Shown: positions 9,167-18,596, counted from the stretch's first letter. The stretch: 64,000 nucleotides of DNA from Chthonomonas calidirosea (GCA_945859975.1 CAMAPH010000002.1:91768-155767), one strand, 5' to 3'. Made by a program: numbers and translations. The notes: generated by a model from the letters alone, not told the origin.

Positions 9167-9792
9167 TAAAGTCCAAAAAGAACCAATCCAGTAAACGACG
9201 GTTACTTCGGTCGGTCACCATCGGACTCGGTGTCGTATCTGCTAGCATCCTTGGCTTTTTCTTGACTCGGGCGGAAACGGGCGAGGATGTTGCTCGAAAA
9301 GTCCTCGCGTGCGTGGAACGGGGCGATGGCGCGTGCGTCAATAAGTACCGTTGGGAACTTGACAAGCGTGACCAACCCATTTCTGATGCGGAAATGTCCC
9401 GGTTCTTGCGCGAGTTTATGGACGCGAGACTGTCATTGAACGAACCACTTGAGGCACCAAAGGTTGTTGTGGAAAGATCGTCTGTTACAATCGAGAGACA
9501 GTATCAAGGTGGGCTGATCGCATTGGCCGTTGAGCAAACGGAAGCTGGATACCGAGCAATTCATCCGGTAACGATGATGATCCTCTGCTCGTACCACGGC
9601 ACGCAACGCCTTTCAGGACGAGCCAAAACGCAGGCTTGGGTGGCAGGACTGACTAAAGATGCGAGTCAACTGAATTCCTACGGCATCATCGGTCTAGAGC
9701 GCCAGCCATACGGTTCAGTAGAGACCTTTGAAGATTTCGTCCGCCGGAGGACTGCGGTGCTTAGCAAACCGATTCCGAAGATGAAGCCGTAG
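9154..9792 (+). CDS. Hypothetical protein with an N-terminal membrane anchor
   Basis: Basic N-terminus followed by a hydrophobic helix. Overlaps the stop of the prepilin gene. Confidence 0.65.
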   Translation: MEPVIKSKKNQSSKRRLLRSVTIGLGVVSASILGFFLTRAETGEDVARKVLACVERGDGACVNKYRWELDKRDQPISDAEMSRFLREFMDARLSLNEPLEAPKVVVERSSVTIERQYQGGLIALAVEQTEAGYRAIHPVTMMILCSYHGTQRLSGRAKTQAWVAGLTKDASQLNSYGIIGLERQPYGSVETFEDFVRRRTAVLSKPIPKMKP

Positions 9793-10303
9793 GTGCGCAA
9801 CGCGCATGGAACGCCACCACCGCCGCCGCGACGTGGACGTTGATGCTTCTTCCCTTCCCGGCCATCGGAATAAACACTGCCGCATCGCACTGCTTGAGCA
9901 CGTTGCCGTAGATGCCCCCGCCCTCACTGCCTAACACCAAGCACAACTTGTCGGGGTACTCAAACTCGGTGTACGACACCGCAGAATCTGCGACCTCAAC
10001 CGCCACCAGCGTGTAACCCACTGCCTTGGCGGCCGCGACCGCCTCATCATGCCGGGCAAAGTGGTGGAACGGCACCCGCCGATGCGCCCCCATGCTGGTC
10101 ACGCCAACCATCGGATTCTCGAGCGTCGGCGTCTTCCCGCTCGCAAAAATCTCCACCGCCCCGCAGGCATCGGCTACGCGAAACATTCCGCCGACGTTGT
10201 AGCCATCCGCCCAGTCTTGGAGTAGAAACGCAACGTCCATCTCCCGCATTTCCGCTGCCTCAAGGAAGCGCTTGATCTGGGTTTTGGATCGTAGCTGTTT
10301 CAT
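9761..10303 (-). CDS. TrmH/SpoU family RNA methyltransferase
   Basis: NVGGMFRVADACG, LVLGSEGGG, IPMAGKGRSINV. Confidence 0.9.
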   Translation of the reverse strand: MKQLRSKTQIKRFLEAAEMREMDVAFLLQDWADGYNVGGMFRVADACGAVEIFASGKTPTLENPMVGVTSMGAHRRVPFHHFARHDEAVAAAKAVGYTLVAVEVADSAVSYTEFEYPDKLCLVLGSEGGGIYGNVLKQCDAAVFIPMAGKGRSINVHVAAAVVAFHARCAPTASSSESVC

Positions 10304-10326
10304 CGCGTGGTCGATGCTACTACAAA

Positions 10327-10365
10327 ACAAAAAACGGGCTTCGGCGAAAACCGCCGAGGCCCGTT
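10327..10365 (-). terminator. Intrinsic terminator of rplJL
   Basis: AACGGGCTTCGGCG...CGCCGAGGCCCGTT stem with an adjacent A-run (U-tract on the minus strand). Confidence 0.8.
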
Positions 10366-10381
10366 AACATCTTGTAACGAA

Positions 10382-10783
10382 TTACTTGATGTCGACTTTG
10401 CCGCCGGCTTCTTCGACCGACTTCTTGATCTTCTCGGCATCGTCCTTGCTGATGCCCTGCTTGAGTGGCTGTGGAGCGCCATCGACGAGGTCCTTGGCTT
10501 CTTTGAGGCCGAGACCCGTGAGTTCTCGAACGACCTTGATAACCTGAAGCTTGGCAGCGCCAGCTTCGGTGAGGATGACATCGAATTCGGTCTTCTCTTC
10601 TTCAACCGGTGCAGCTGCTGCTGCGCCGCCGCCCATGCCAGCGAACATGGCTGGGTTGAAGCCACCCATCGGAGCAGCGGCGGTTACACCGAACTTGTCT
10701 TCGAGGGCCTTCTTGAGTTCTGAGAGTTCAATTGCGGTCATTCCTGCAATCGATTCGACGAGTGATTCTACGGTGGTTGCCAT
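10382..10783 (-). CDS. rplL: 50S ribosomal protein bL12 (L7/L12)
   Basis: [33 protein letters not shown]. Confidence 0.98.
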   Translation of the reverse strand: MATTVESLVESIAGMTAIELSELKKALEDKFGVTAAAPMGGFNPAMFAGMGGGAAAAAPVEEEKTEFDVILTEAGAAKLQVIKVVRELTGLGLKEAKDLVDGAPQPLKQGISKDDAEKIKKSVEEAGGKVDIK

Positions 10784-10788
10784 GGTTT

Positions 10789-11436
10789 TTAGTTTCCTTC
10801 TGCTTCCGGGGTCGCCGGGGTTTCGGCCGGAGCCTCGGTGGCTTCCGGTTCTGCCACAGCTTCGGCGGCGGGCGCTTCGGCTGGGGTCTCTTCAGATGTC
10901 GTTGCCGGGGTTTCTACACCCTCATTGACCTTGTCGGCCACGGCATAAATGGTGCGAATCGGATCGGCGTATAGCGCCTCGATAACGCCCACAAGATTGG
11001 TTAGCGGTGCAGCGATGGCACCGATCACTTGCGAGATCAGTACTTCCTTCGATGGCAGTTCGCTGATGCCTTCAACTTCTTTCGAAGTGTAAGCTCGGCC
11101 GGCGAACAGGCCACCCTTCACCACCAGCTTCTTGCTGGTTCGTGCGTAATCGAGGAGCAGCTTGGCCACTTCCGGCTCGTTCTCGAACACAAACGCATAA
11201 GCGGTCGTTCCGTTGTCGTATTCGAAGGGCAGGTTCTGTCCCGCTTCGCCCGCGGCCTGGCGGAACAAGGTGTTCTTGACGATGTGCAGCTCGGCGCCCT
11301 TCTCTCGAAGGCTAGCGCGAAGCGCCTGCAGGTCCTTAACCTTGAGTCCGCGATAGTCGGTAAAGACTACGCCGCTCGACTTGGAATACCACTCCCGCGT
11401 TTGCTCGATGACTTGTGCTTTTTCTGCGGTCGGCAT
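10789..11436 (-). CDS. rplJ: 50S ribosomal protein uL10 with an acidic Pro/Ala/Glu-rich tail
   Basis: MPTAEK...TDYRGLKV...IVKNTLF...LPSKEVL. AGGAG RBS upstream of ATG 11436. Confidence 0.96.
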   Translation of the reverse strand: MPTAEKAQVIEQTREWYSKSSGVVFTDYRGLKVKDLQALRASLREKGAELHIVKNTLFRQAAGEAGQNLPFEYDNGTTAYAFVFENEPEVAKLLLDYARTSKKLVVKGGLFAGRAYTSKEVEGISELPSKEVLISQVIGAIAAPLTNLVGVIEALYADPIRTIYAVADKVNEGVETPATTSEETPAEAPAAEAVAEPEATEAPAETPATPEAEGN

Positions 11437-11461
11437 ATTGCTCCTGTTTTCTCGGAAGCCT

Positions 11462-11602
11462 TCGGCAACAAAAAAGCCCCTGCCCAAACCGAAGGACAGA
11501 GACGTGTGCGAGGCGAACCTCCAACGTATTCTCTTGTATCCCCTCGGCGGGCCGATCCTTGCGAATCGCTTAAGGCAATTAAGCCACCTGCTGTCTCCAG
11601 AG
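11462..11602 (-). promoter_or_regulatory. Ribosomal protein L10 leader with attenuator hairpin
   Basis: Minus strand GAGACAGCAGGTGG...TTAA...CCCGCCGAGG resembles the L10-leader consensus. It is followed by a GC stem and U-tract (GGGGCTTTTTT) upstream of the rplJ RBS. Confidence 0.75.
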
Positions 11603-11644
11603 TTCGTAAGAGTATGACACGAGCGATGCCGCAGAATGCAACAC

Positions 11645-11682
11645 AAAAAATGCGTCGGCTCCCGAAGCGGGAGTCCGACGCA
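11645..11682 (-). terminator. Intrinsic terminator
   Basis: TGCGTCGG-CTCCC-GAAGC-GGGAG-T-CCGACGCA with an A6 run on the + side. Confidence 0.8.
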
Positions 11683-11701
11683 AGTTTTGAATTCAAAAAG
11701 C

Positions 11702-12478
11702 TCAGTTCTTGATCGTGTTCTCAGACAGCTTCCAGGTGATGTAGCCTTTGTCGCCGTCCGGCTTCGTGTACACCGCGTGGAAGTACGAGAAGTTCTTGTC
11801 AAGGTTCTCGGCGTAAACCGTTCCCGCAATCGGGTTCGTCTTTCCGCGCTCATAGAAGCCGACAAACAGAGGCGAATCCACCGGGAACGAACCCGTGAGG
11901 GCGTTGCCGCCGCTCTGGATGGCTCCAACCGGACCGACTACCGTGCGCTGAGAATCGGTTTGACTCACCCGTCGCCAAGCCGCGTCGAGGTTTGGCGTTG
12001 CTTTGTACGCCGACATCAGGTTGACCCAGGCAAAGTTGTTCGCGTATCCGATCGGGAAGTCCAGCCAGTTGAAGGCCGAGTTGGAACCGGCGAAGGCGAA
12101 GACCTGGAACGAGTACTCCATCTTCTGGTAGCCACCGAAGACGTAGTTGCCGGTCGTGGCGTCCGTGACCGACCAGTAAACGTCTGGCCCGGAGAACACG
12201 CGGTCAAAGAACTGCCCCTGCTCGAGGTTATCTACGATCGTCACTCCGTTGACGCGAACGCGAATCCGCTCATATTCCGTGAAGTTCGCGAAGCGAACCT
12301 TTGGCGTCGGATCGAGGATCGGCGCTGGGCCAGTTCCACCTGCCGTTGTTCCTGAGCCTCCGCTCGAACTGGAGGTCGATCCGCCAGAACTTGACGATCC
12401 TCCGCCAGAGCCGCCGCAAGCCAAGATGACAAGCGCGGCAACCGTAAGGGTTCCGATAGCAACGGGTGAAGTGCGCAT
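11702..12478 (-). CDS. Lipoprotein with a Gly/Ser linker and DUF4397-like domain
   Basis: Lipobox VILAC, GGSGGG/SS linker, KVRFAN...VNG beta-sandwich-like sequence. Confidence 0.7.
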   Translation of the reverse strand: MRTSPVAIGTLTVAALVILACGGSGGGSSSSGGSTSSSSGGSGTTAGGTGPAPILDPTPKVRFANFTEYERIRVRVNGVTIVDNLEQGQFFDRVFSGPDVYWSVTDATTGNYVFGGYQKMEYSFQVFAFAGSNSAFNWLDFPIGYANNFAWVNLMSAYKATPNLDAAWRRVSQTDSQRTVVGPVGAIQSGGNALTGSFPVDSPLFVGFYERGKTNPIAGTVYAENLDKNFSYFHAVYTKPDGDKGYITWKLSENTIKN

Positions 12479-12581
12479 TTTTCCTCTCTGGCGTCCCCAA
12501 GCAAGCCGGGGACGCTTTTGCAAGAGTTTAGGTCACCCGCAAAATGTACGAGGTCACACGATTCCGTGAACTCAAATCACC

Positions 12582-14444
12582 TTATTTTGGCAATGGCAAA
12601 CTAAGAGCACTCAGGAAGCTACGGAGCTTTTGAATTCGGTTTGGCGTGTTCAGATTGATGTCGAAAGGTCGTCCTCGGGCGTCAACGATGACGCCAACCG
12701 TGCCGCCTTCCAACTTGACCTGAATGGCCTTGCCCTTTCCTTCCCCAACGTCAAAGCCTTTTGCCGGAGTAATCGTGACGTTTTTAAACTCGTCTCGACC
12801 GACCGGAATCACCTTGACTTCGCCGAACGGCACCGAGACGTTGATGCCGTCGCCGGAGATCGTAACGCAAGGTTCGCCGTCCTTGCCCGTGCCGACCGGT
12901 GCGATGCAATGTCCGCACTTGACGATACAGTCGTACTCAAATACTTGCTTCGCGGCCGCGTAAAGGTGCTCGGAAAGCACGCCGAGGTGCGGCATCATGA
13001 AGATGCTGTCGACGGTGAGCATCGTGACGCCTTCCGGCAGGTAGGCATCCATCATCATCAGCGCCGATTGAGCTCGGTTTGGTGCGTGAGAAAGCACGCC
13101 GCCGGAGCCGATGACCATGTCGAGCGCCATCATGTTGACCAAACTTTGCCCCGCCGCGCCTTGGTTGAAGAGACGGTCGATGTTCGATTCGGTCTGAACG
13201 CCGACGAGGTCTCGGGCAAGGGACTTGTGGTGCAAGAACGCAAGCCGCAGCGCTTCGCGCGAAACCGCATGCTCGATAAGCAAGTCCTCGTAAGTCTGAG
13301 GAATCGTCGTCGGACGAATCATCTTGTTGCGAAGTCGGTTTCGAACCTCCGCTGGCGAAATTTCAAACGGTAGCCATCGGGCAATGTTCTCGACTCCGGT
13401 CTCCTTGAGGACGTTACAAATCGAGTAGCTCATGCCGAGGTTGGCCGAAACCGTTCGGTTGTAGATGCGCTCGCCGGAACCAGAGAGGAAGACCGAGAAA
13501 ACGTCGGTGGTCGCGCCGCCGATGTCCACGCCAAGAACGTTGATCTTTTCGTTTTCAGCGTATTCCTTAAGCAGCTTGCCCACCGCGTTTGGCGTGGCCA
13601 TAACCTCTTCGCTGGTCCATTCGAGGAGCTTCGAATAGCCCGGCGCCTGTTGCATCACGTGCTCCAAGAACATCTCGTGAATCTCTTCTCGCGCGGGGCC
13701 GAGGTTTTCCTTCTCTAGGGTCGGTCGAAGGTTGTCAACCACTTGAAGGCTGATGCCCTCGCCGAGAACCTTGCCGACGTCTGCGCTGGCTTGCTTGTTA
13801 CCCGCGTAAATGATCGGAAGCTTCATGTCGCCGAATCGTGGCTTCGGGTCGGCGCGGCGAATGACTTCCGCCATTTCGATAAGGTGGCTGGTGGTGCCGC
13901 CATCGGTTCCGCCCGACATGAGAATGATGTCGGGGCGAAGCTGTCGAAGTCGTTCGACCTTTTGGTAGTCCTTTCGACCGTCATCAACGGCTAGCGTGTC
14001 CATCAGGATCGCGCCGGCGCCAAGGGCAGCGCGCTCGGCGGATTCGGCCGACATCGACTTGACCACGCCCGCGACCATCATCTGCAAGCCGCCGCCCGCG
14101 CTCGAAGTCGAAACGTACAGGTCGGAGCTTTCGAGCGGGCCGTTCACGCCACTGCTATCTCGCGCGCCTTCTTTAAGCTGTCGCCAAACTTTCCCGTCCT
14201 TAATGAGCGTTCGGCGGCCAGCGGTGTAGCCAGCCGGAACCGTGGTCTCGGTGATCTCCTCAAGCTCGGTGATCGAGTTGAGCACGCCGAGGGTCACGTC
14301 TTCGAACGGTCGTTCAACCGTCGTCGGTGCCTCACCACGGGCAACGAGGCGATAATCGCCGGCCTCGTTCTGCTCAATGAGGATCGCCTTGGTCGTGGTG
14401 GAGCCGCAGTCGGTAGCTACGATACGCTTGATCGCGTCGGACAT
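12582..14444 (-). CDS. Glutamate mutase L (GlmL/MutL) family ASKHA-type protein
   Basis: ATDCGSTTTKA, STSSAGGGLQM, SGGTDGG, DIGGATTDVFS, RTVSANLGMSYS, IGSGGVLSHAP. Confidence 0.88.
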   Translation of the reverse strand: MSDAIKRIVATDCGSTTTKAILIEQNEAGDYRLVARGEAPTTVERPFEDVTLGVLNSITELEEITETTVPAGYTAGRRTLIKDGKVWRQLKEGARDSSGVNGPLESSDLYVSTSSAGGGLQMMVAGVVKSMSAESAERAALGAGAILMDTLAVDDGRKDYQKVERLRQLRPDIILMSGGTDGGTTSHLIEMAEVIRRADPKPRFGDMKLPIIYAGNKQASADVGKVLGEGISLQVVDNLRPTLEKENLGPAREEIHEMFLEHVMQQAPGYSKLLEWTSEEVMATPNAVGKLLKEYAENEKINVLGVDIGGATTDVFSVFLSGSGERIYNRTVSANLGMSYSICNVLKETGVENIARWLPFEISPAEVRNRLRNKMIRPTTIPQTYEDLLIEHAVSREALRLAFLHHKSLARDLVGVQTESNIDRLFNQGAAGQSLVNMMALDMVIGSGGVLSHAPNRAQSALMMMDAYLPEGVTMLTVDSIFMMPHLGVLSEHLYAAAKQVFEYDCIVKCGHCIAPVGTGKDGEPCVTISGDGINVSVPFGEVKVIPVGRDEFKNVTITPAKGFDVGEGKGKAIQVKLEGGTVGVIVDARGRPFDINLNTPNRIQKLRSFLSALSLPLPK

Positions 14445-14610
14445 GGACTTATTATGAACATGGATTGGCTTCAGCGAAGTTTGAAGCTAGCGGAGACCGT
14501 CGTCTTGAAGTACGGCGATTCCGGTGCGTACTGCAAGGACTTTGTTTAAGTTTGCTTGCACGACAAATTTTCTGATTACGCAGGGTCGGTTTCGCCGTCT
14601 TGATGATGTG

Positions 14611-15633
14611 ATGAAAATTGCGGTATTGGCGGGTGTTCTTTTGGGGATCAGCGGGGATTGCCTGGCCAGTGGTCCAGTGCTACCTATCCCGGCGAGCAAC
14701 ATTTTGTTCAGCCACCGGATTAATGCGCAGCAACCTGATCTGATCGTGGACAAGTTCGAAGCCAACAACGAAAACGTCCGAGGGGTTCTACGAAGCCTCT
14801 TTAAAAAGATGGGAGTTGCGGGCTACACGATTGATCCCACAGTTCAGGGGAACGTGACGCTATCACTATCACGAATTTCGTTAAATACCGCTTTAGAATC
14901 ATTAGTGCGTCAGGTTGATGCGACTTTTAGGGTCGAGGATGGGATTTACCAAGTACTGAGGAAGGAACCTTCGCCAAGTCCCGTGTCCACGACTCTAAAC
15001 AAAACAGGGATACGATGGGTTAGCTACGAAGACCCCGAACTCAGAACTCTGGTCCAAAAAGCACCAGTCGGAGACGAGGTTGGAGAGAAACTGATCACGA
15101 TCGGATCGGGTTCCGATGAAGACATTCGTGACTTCCTTTCTCGAATCTTTTCCGAAGCATACGTGTCGTTCGTACTCAGCCCGAAAATTGAAGGTAAGGC
15201 GTATTGCACATTTAACTCGATGAAGCTGAAGGATGTTCTAGCTGTCCTAGGCGAAGTTCACGGGTTTCACGCGGAGTTGCGAGCGGGTTGCTACGTTCTG
15301 CAGCCAACCCTTCAGGTGGCGGTGAATCTCGCTCCCTCCAAAAGCAGCCGCATTCTGGTTCTTGACGGCGGCACGGTGGAGCTAATGGCGTCCCCCAGGG
15401 CGAGCACGGCAGGAAAATTACCGGCAAAGCGACTGCGGTCCGTCCCGGTCGCGGATGAGATCACCGCGCTGTTTCGACAAATGAACGCGAAGTACCGCAT
15501 CTCTCCGAACTTGCCAAAGATTTCCGGGAACCTCCCCAGCGAATCTAAAGCGTCAAGGTTGTATCGACTCAAGAATCTTGCCAACGTGAGCGTGAAGCTT
15601 GAAAATGGCGTCTACGTAGTTCGACCAAAGTGA
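14611..15633 (+). CDS. Secreted protein with tandem secretin-N0/STN-like domains and no secretin barrel
   Basis: Signal peptide and repeated VRGVLRSLF...YTIDPTVQGNVTL...ALESL...FRVEDGIYQV-type units. Confidence 0.7.
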   Translation: MKIAVLAGVLLGISGDCLASGPVLPIPASNILFSHRINAQQPDLIVDKFEANNENVRGVLRSLFKKMGVAGYTIDPTVQGNVTLSLSRISLNTALESLVRQVDATFRVEDGIYQVLRKEPSPSPVSTTLNKTGIRWVSYEDPELRTLVQKAPVGDEVGEKLITIGSGSDEDIRDFLSRIFSEAYVSFVLSPKIEGKAYCTFNSMKLKDVLAVLGEVHGFHAELRAGCYVLQPTLQVAVNLAPSKSSRILVLDGGTVELMASPRASTAGKLPAKRLRSVPVADEITALFRQMNAKYRISPNLPKISGNLPSESKASRLYRLKNLANVSVKLENGVYVVRPK

Positions 15634-15782
15634 CGCTTGGCTAGGGCCCGAACCTTGGAAGAAGCTCAATTTTCAACTTAGTGTTAAGAGAGCCGAATCC
15701 TGCGGAGGAACGCGCAAAATCTGACGCACGAAATCGACAGATTCGTGTTGTCACCATAAGTGACCAGCGATAGAATGACGGC

Positions 15783-16694
15783 ATGCGAGCGGTCTGTGTT
15801 GCTCTGTTTGTTTTTGGTGTTTTGTCGAACGGTTTTGGAGATATAGCCCCGATCTCCGGTCAAGCCCCGGTGCTGGTTACTTACAAAACTCAAGGGGCAG
15901 AGGTTCGCGAGGTCCTTCGCGAACTGTTTCGGCAGGCCAAGGTCAGCGGATATACGATCGATCCCGATGTGCAGGGCAAGGTCCAGTTCTCGGCTGCGAA
16001 AGTGCAGATTGATGTTGCGCTTGCATCCGTTCTAACTCAAGTGGGCGCGACGTTTTCCGCTGAGAACAACGAATACCGAATCTTCTCGAAGCAGCAAGCC
16101 GCAATCCAGACGACGGAAGCCCCTGGTTTTGAAGCCAAACGTGCGAGCTTCAGCTTCAGTGGCGAAGATTTAGAAGCGGTTGTTGCTCACATTTTTAGCG
16201 AGTTCGATCAGAGCTTTGTGATGAGCTCAAAGATCCAAGGCAAAGTAACACTGATCTTCAACTACGTCACCCTTCCGGTCGCTCTGGATCGCCTTGGCCG
16301 CGCTTGCGGATTTACGTATGAGTTGAAGGACACCGTCTACACCTTGTTGCCTTCCCAAACGAGCGCACCGCTTGGAATGGAAAGCGCTTTGCCTGGGTTC
16401 TCCGAGCGACTGGCGACCACGACTTTAGCCGACCAGAAGGGCATTCAAAAGGAAGTCCCGGCCAGTTCGGGACAGTTTGTCGCCCTTACCTTCACTGATC
16501 GCCGCGCTTCCGATCTCTTTGCCGAGACCTTTGCCCAAATGCGACTGCGGGTAAAAATCATGCCCGGACTTACGCAGAAACTGAGCGGCTACTTTGCCGC
16601 CGGAAGTTTTGAGTCGCGACTCTACGAACTCAAGACCCTCGCGAACGCCAAGGTCACCCTCGAAAAAGGCGTTCACGTCGTGCGGCCACGCTGA
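15783..16694 (+). CDS. Paralogous secreted STN/N0-repeat protein
   Basis: GYTIDPDVQGKV, and a C-terminal RLYELKTLANAKVTLEKGVHVVRPR that matches the upstream paralog. Confidence 0.7.
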   Translation: MRAVCVALFVFGVLSNGFGDIAPISGQAPVLVTYKTQGAEVREVLRELFRQAKVSGYTIDPDVQGKVQFSAAKVQIDVALASVLTQVGATFSAENNEYRIFSKQQAAIQTTEAPGFEAKRASFSFSGEDLEAVVAHIFSEFDQSFVMSSKIQGKVTLIFNYVTLPVALDRLGRACGFTYELKDTVYTLLPSQTSAPLGMESALPGFSERLATTTLADQKGIQKEVPASSGQFVALTFTDRRASDLFAETFAQMRLRVKIMPGLTQKLSGYFAAGSFESRLYELKTLANAKVTLEKGVHVVRPR

Positions 16695-16695
16695 C

Positions 16696-17028
16696 TCAGG
16701 TCGTCAGCACTGAATAGGTAGCGAACTCGCTTTGCATCGGCGGTGCTTCCCCACAGGCTTTCGCCGTCGCGAGGTCGGCAAAAGCGCGCCGATGCCCTTC
16801 GATGAACTCAGGAGAAGCGGTCCACGCCTTGAAGCTGTCCTCATCCTGCCACTGACTGACCACCAGGTAGGGCTCCTCTGGCTTCGCGGGACGTAGCACC
16901 TGCATGCTCACGAAGCCCGAAAGGCGGTCAATGGCCTGCGCACGAGTTGAGAACAGCTCCTCAAATCGGGGCCGATAATCTGCGCGAACGACGATGCGAT
17001 TTACCGCGACGAATCCGATATTTTGCAT
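16696..17028 (-). CDS. Antibiotic biosynthesis monooxygenase (IsdG/MhuD-like) family protein
   Basis: FVAVNRIVV...FEELF...GFVSMQVLRP...YLVVSQW...FKAWTASPEFIEGH. Confidence 0.85.
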   Translation of the reverse strand: MQNIGFVAVNRIVVRADYRPRFEELFSTRAQAIDRLSGFVSMQVLRPAKPEEPYLVVSQWQDEDSFKAWTASPEFIEGHRRAFADLATAKACGEAPPMQSEFATYSVLTT

Positions 17029-17165
17029 AGACTTACTCAAAAGTTTGATGAGCCAAACTTTTTTCATTCTACACAAATCCGTCCAGTTTCGTGAAATCAA
17101 GGCGAACACTGAACAGATTCCGTTAAGTTCGCTATAATGGACCCGTCCAGAAACAGGAGACCCTA

Positions 17166-18314
17166 TTGGCAGGAGTAGCGTTCAAAAGCGTAACAAAGGT
17201 GTACGGTAAGGACGTCAAGGCGGTCAGCGACCTCAACCTCGACATCCAAGATCAAGAGTTCATGGTCCTCGTCGGGCCTTCAGGCTGCGGAAAAACCACC
17301 GCCCTGAGAATGATCGCCGGCTTGGAAGAAGCGACCGGTGGAGACATCATGATCGGCGACGTTCGCGTCAACGACGTTCCGCCAAAGGATCGAGACATAG
17401 CGATGGTTTTCCAAAACTACGCGCTCTATCCGCACATGAACGTGTACGACAACATCGCGTTCGGTCTTCGGCTTCGAGAACTCAAGAGCTTCTTCTGGCA
17501 AATCACCCATTTGGCCGAAGCCAAGACGATCAAGGAAGACATCGACAAGCGGGTCAAAGAAGTTGCCCGTATGCTGGACATCGAGAAGTACCTCCATCGA
17601 AAGCCGAAGGAACTCTCAGGCGGTCAACGACAGCGTGTCGCTCTTGCGCGAGCCATCGTCCGAAAGCCGAAAGTCTTCTTGATGGACGAGCCGCTATCGA
17701 ACCTGGACGCAAAGCTCCGCGTTCAAACTCGAGCCGAGCTCATTCGACTTCACCGCCAGCTCGGAATCACGACCGTATATGTCACCCACGACCAGGTCGA
17801 GGCCATGACGATGGGCCAGCGAATGGCCATCATGCGCGACGGCATCCTCCAGCAGTGCGATCAGCCTGAAAAGGTCTATCAGTACCCGGCAAACAAGTTC
17901 GTTGCGGGCTTTATCGGCTCTCCTCCGATGAACTTCATCGATGCTGAGATTCGCATGGAGAACGGTGTCGCGATTGTTGACGCCGGGGAGTTCAAGCTTC
18001 CGGTGCCAGATGGCAATCCTGCAGCTCACATGAGCGGCAAAAAGATCACCCTCGGCATTCGCGCTGAAGACATTCACGACGCTGCCATTCCAAGCAACGT
18101 GGTTGCGACCGATGCGAATAGCGTCCAGGCAACCGTTGACGTAATGGAACCACTCGGCCACGAGTACGTTGCTTATCTGAAGATCGGCAAGATCAACCTA
18201 GTTGCTGCCATCAGCAACGAGAGTAAGGTCCGCGTCACCGAAGTCGCCAAGTTCGTGGTCAACCTTGACCGCGTACACCTCTTCGATGCCGAGACCGAAC
18301 AGGCAATCCGCTAA
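17166..18314 (+). CDS. Sugar ABC transporter ATP-binding protein (MalK/MsmX/UgpC family)
   Basis: GPSGCGKTT, LSGGQRQRVALARA, MDEPLSNLDAKLR, TOBE-like C-terminus. AGGAG RBS. Confidence 0.95.
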   Translation: MAGVAFKSVTKVYGKDVKAVSDLNLDIQDQEFMVLVGPSGCGKTTALRMIAGLEEATGGDIMIGDVRVNDVPPKDRDIAMVFQNYALYPHMNVYDNIAFGLRLRELKSFFWQITHLAEAKTIKEDIDKRVKEVARMLDIEKYLHRKPKELSGGQRQRVALARAIVRKPKVFLMDEPLSNLDAKLRVQTRAELIRLHRQLGITTVYVTHDQVEAMTMGQRMAIMRDGILQQCDQPEKVYQYPANKFVAGFIGSPPMNFIDAEIRMENGVAIVDAGEFKLPVPDGNPAAHMSGKKITLGIRAEDIHDAAIPSNVVATDANSVQATVDVMEPLGHEYVAYLKIGKINLVAAISNESKVRVTEVAKFVVNLDRVHLFDAETEQAIR

Positions 18315-18328
18315 GAAACCTGAATCCT

Positions 18329-18367
18329 AAAAGCGCGAGGTGAACCTAGGTTCCCTCGCGCTTTTTT
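18329..18367. terminator. Bidirectional intrinsic terminator
   Basis: AAAAGCGCGAGG...CCTCGCGCTTTTTT between convergent units. Confidence 0.85.
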
Positions 18368-18380
18368 GCGTCTTCTGTTT

Positions 18381-18576
18381 CCCCTAAGGGCGACGACGGG
18401 ACTGACCGCGGGAAGAGTCTTGATGTTTAAGGTTTGAGGATTGAAGTCACGAACTTTGAGTTTTGAGGCCATAGGCCGCTTGATCAGGTTCAATGATTCT
18501 TGTCAAGAATCAGCCAGGATTCGATGTTGATCGAAGGTGCTAAGTCAGTCGTATTCCGTCAATCGCCCTTAGAGGC
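18381..18576 (-). ncRNA. Candidate novel structured ncRNA downstream of the DIP1984-like gene
   Basis: Closing stem 18381-18406 / 18544-18575 (10+5+7 perfect bp plus two G-U pairs that form only on the minus strand), internal hairpins, a heptamer repeat array, and TAGAAT 7 nt upstream of the stem. Confidence 0.6.
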
Positions 18577-18596
18577 GGCTTCATTCTATCGGTTTT

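Noticed and set aside
11437-11928. Apparent 164-aa N-terminal extension of RplJ in the ORF track
   Set aside because: It spans the L10 leader, a terminator and the end of the upstream gene. The real start is ATG 11436 with an AGGAG RBS.
18417-18466. Reading the heptamer array as a CRISPR or mini-CRISPR array
   Set aside because: The units are 7 nt with no spacers, and no cas genes are in the window.
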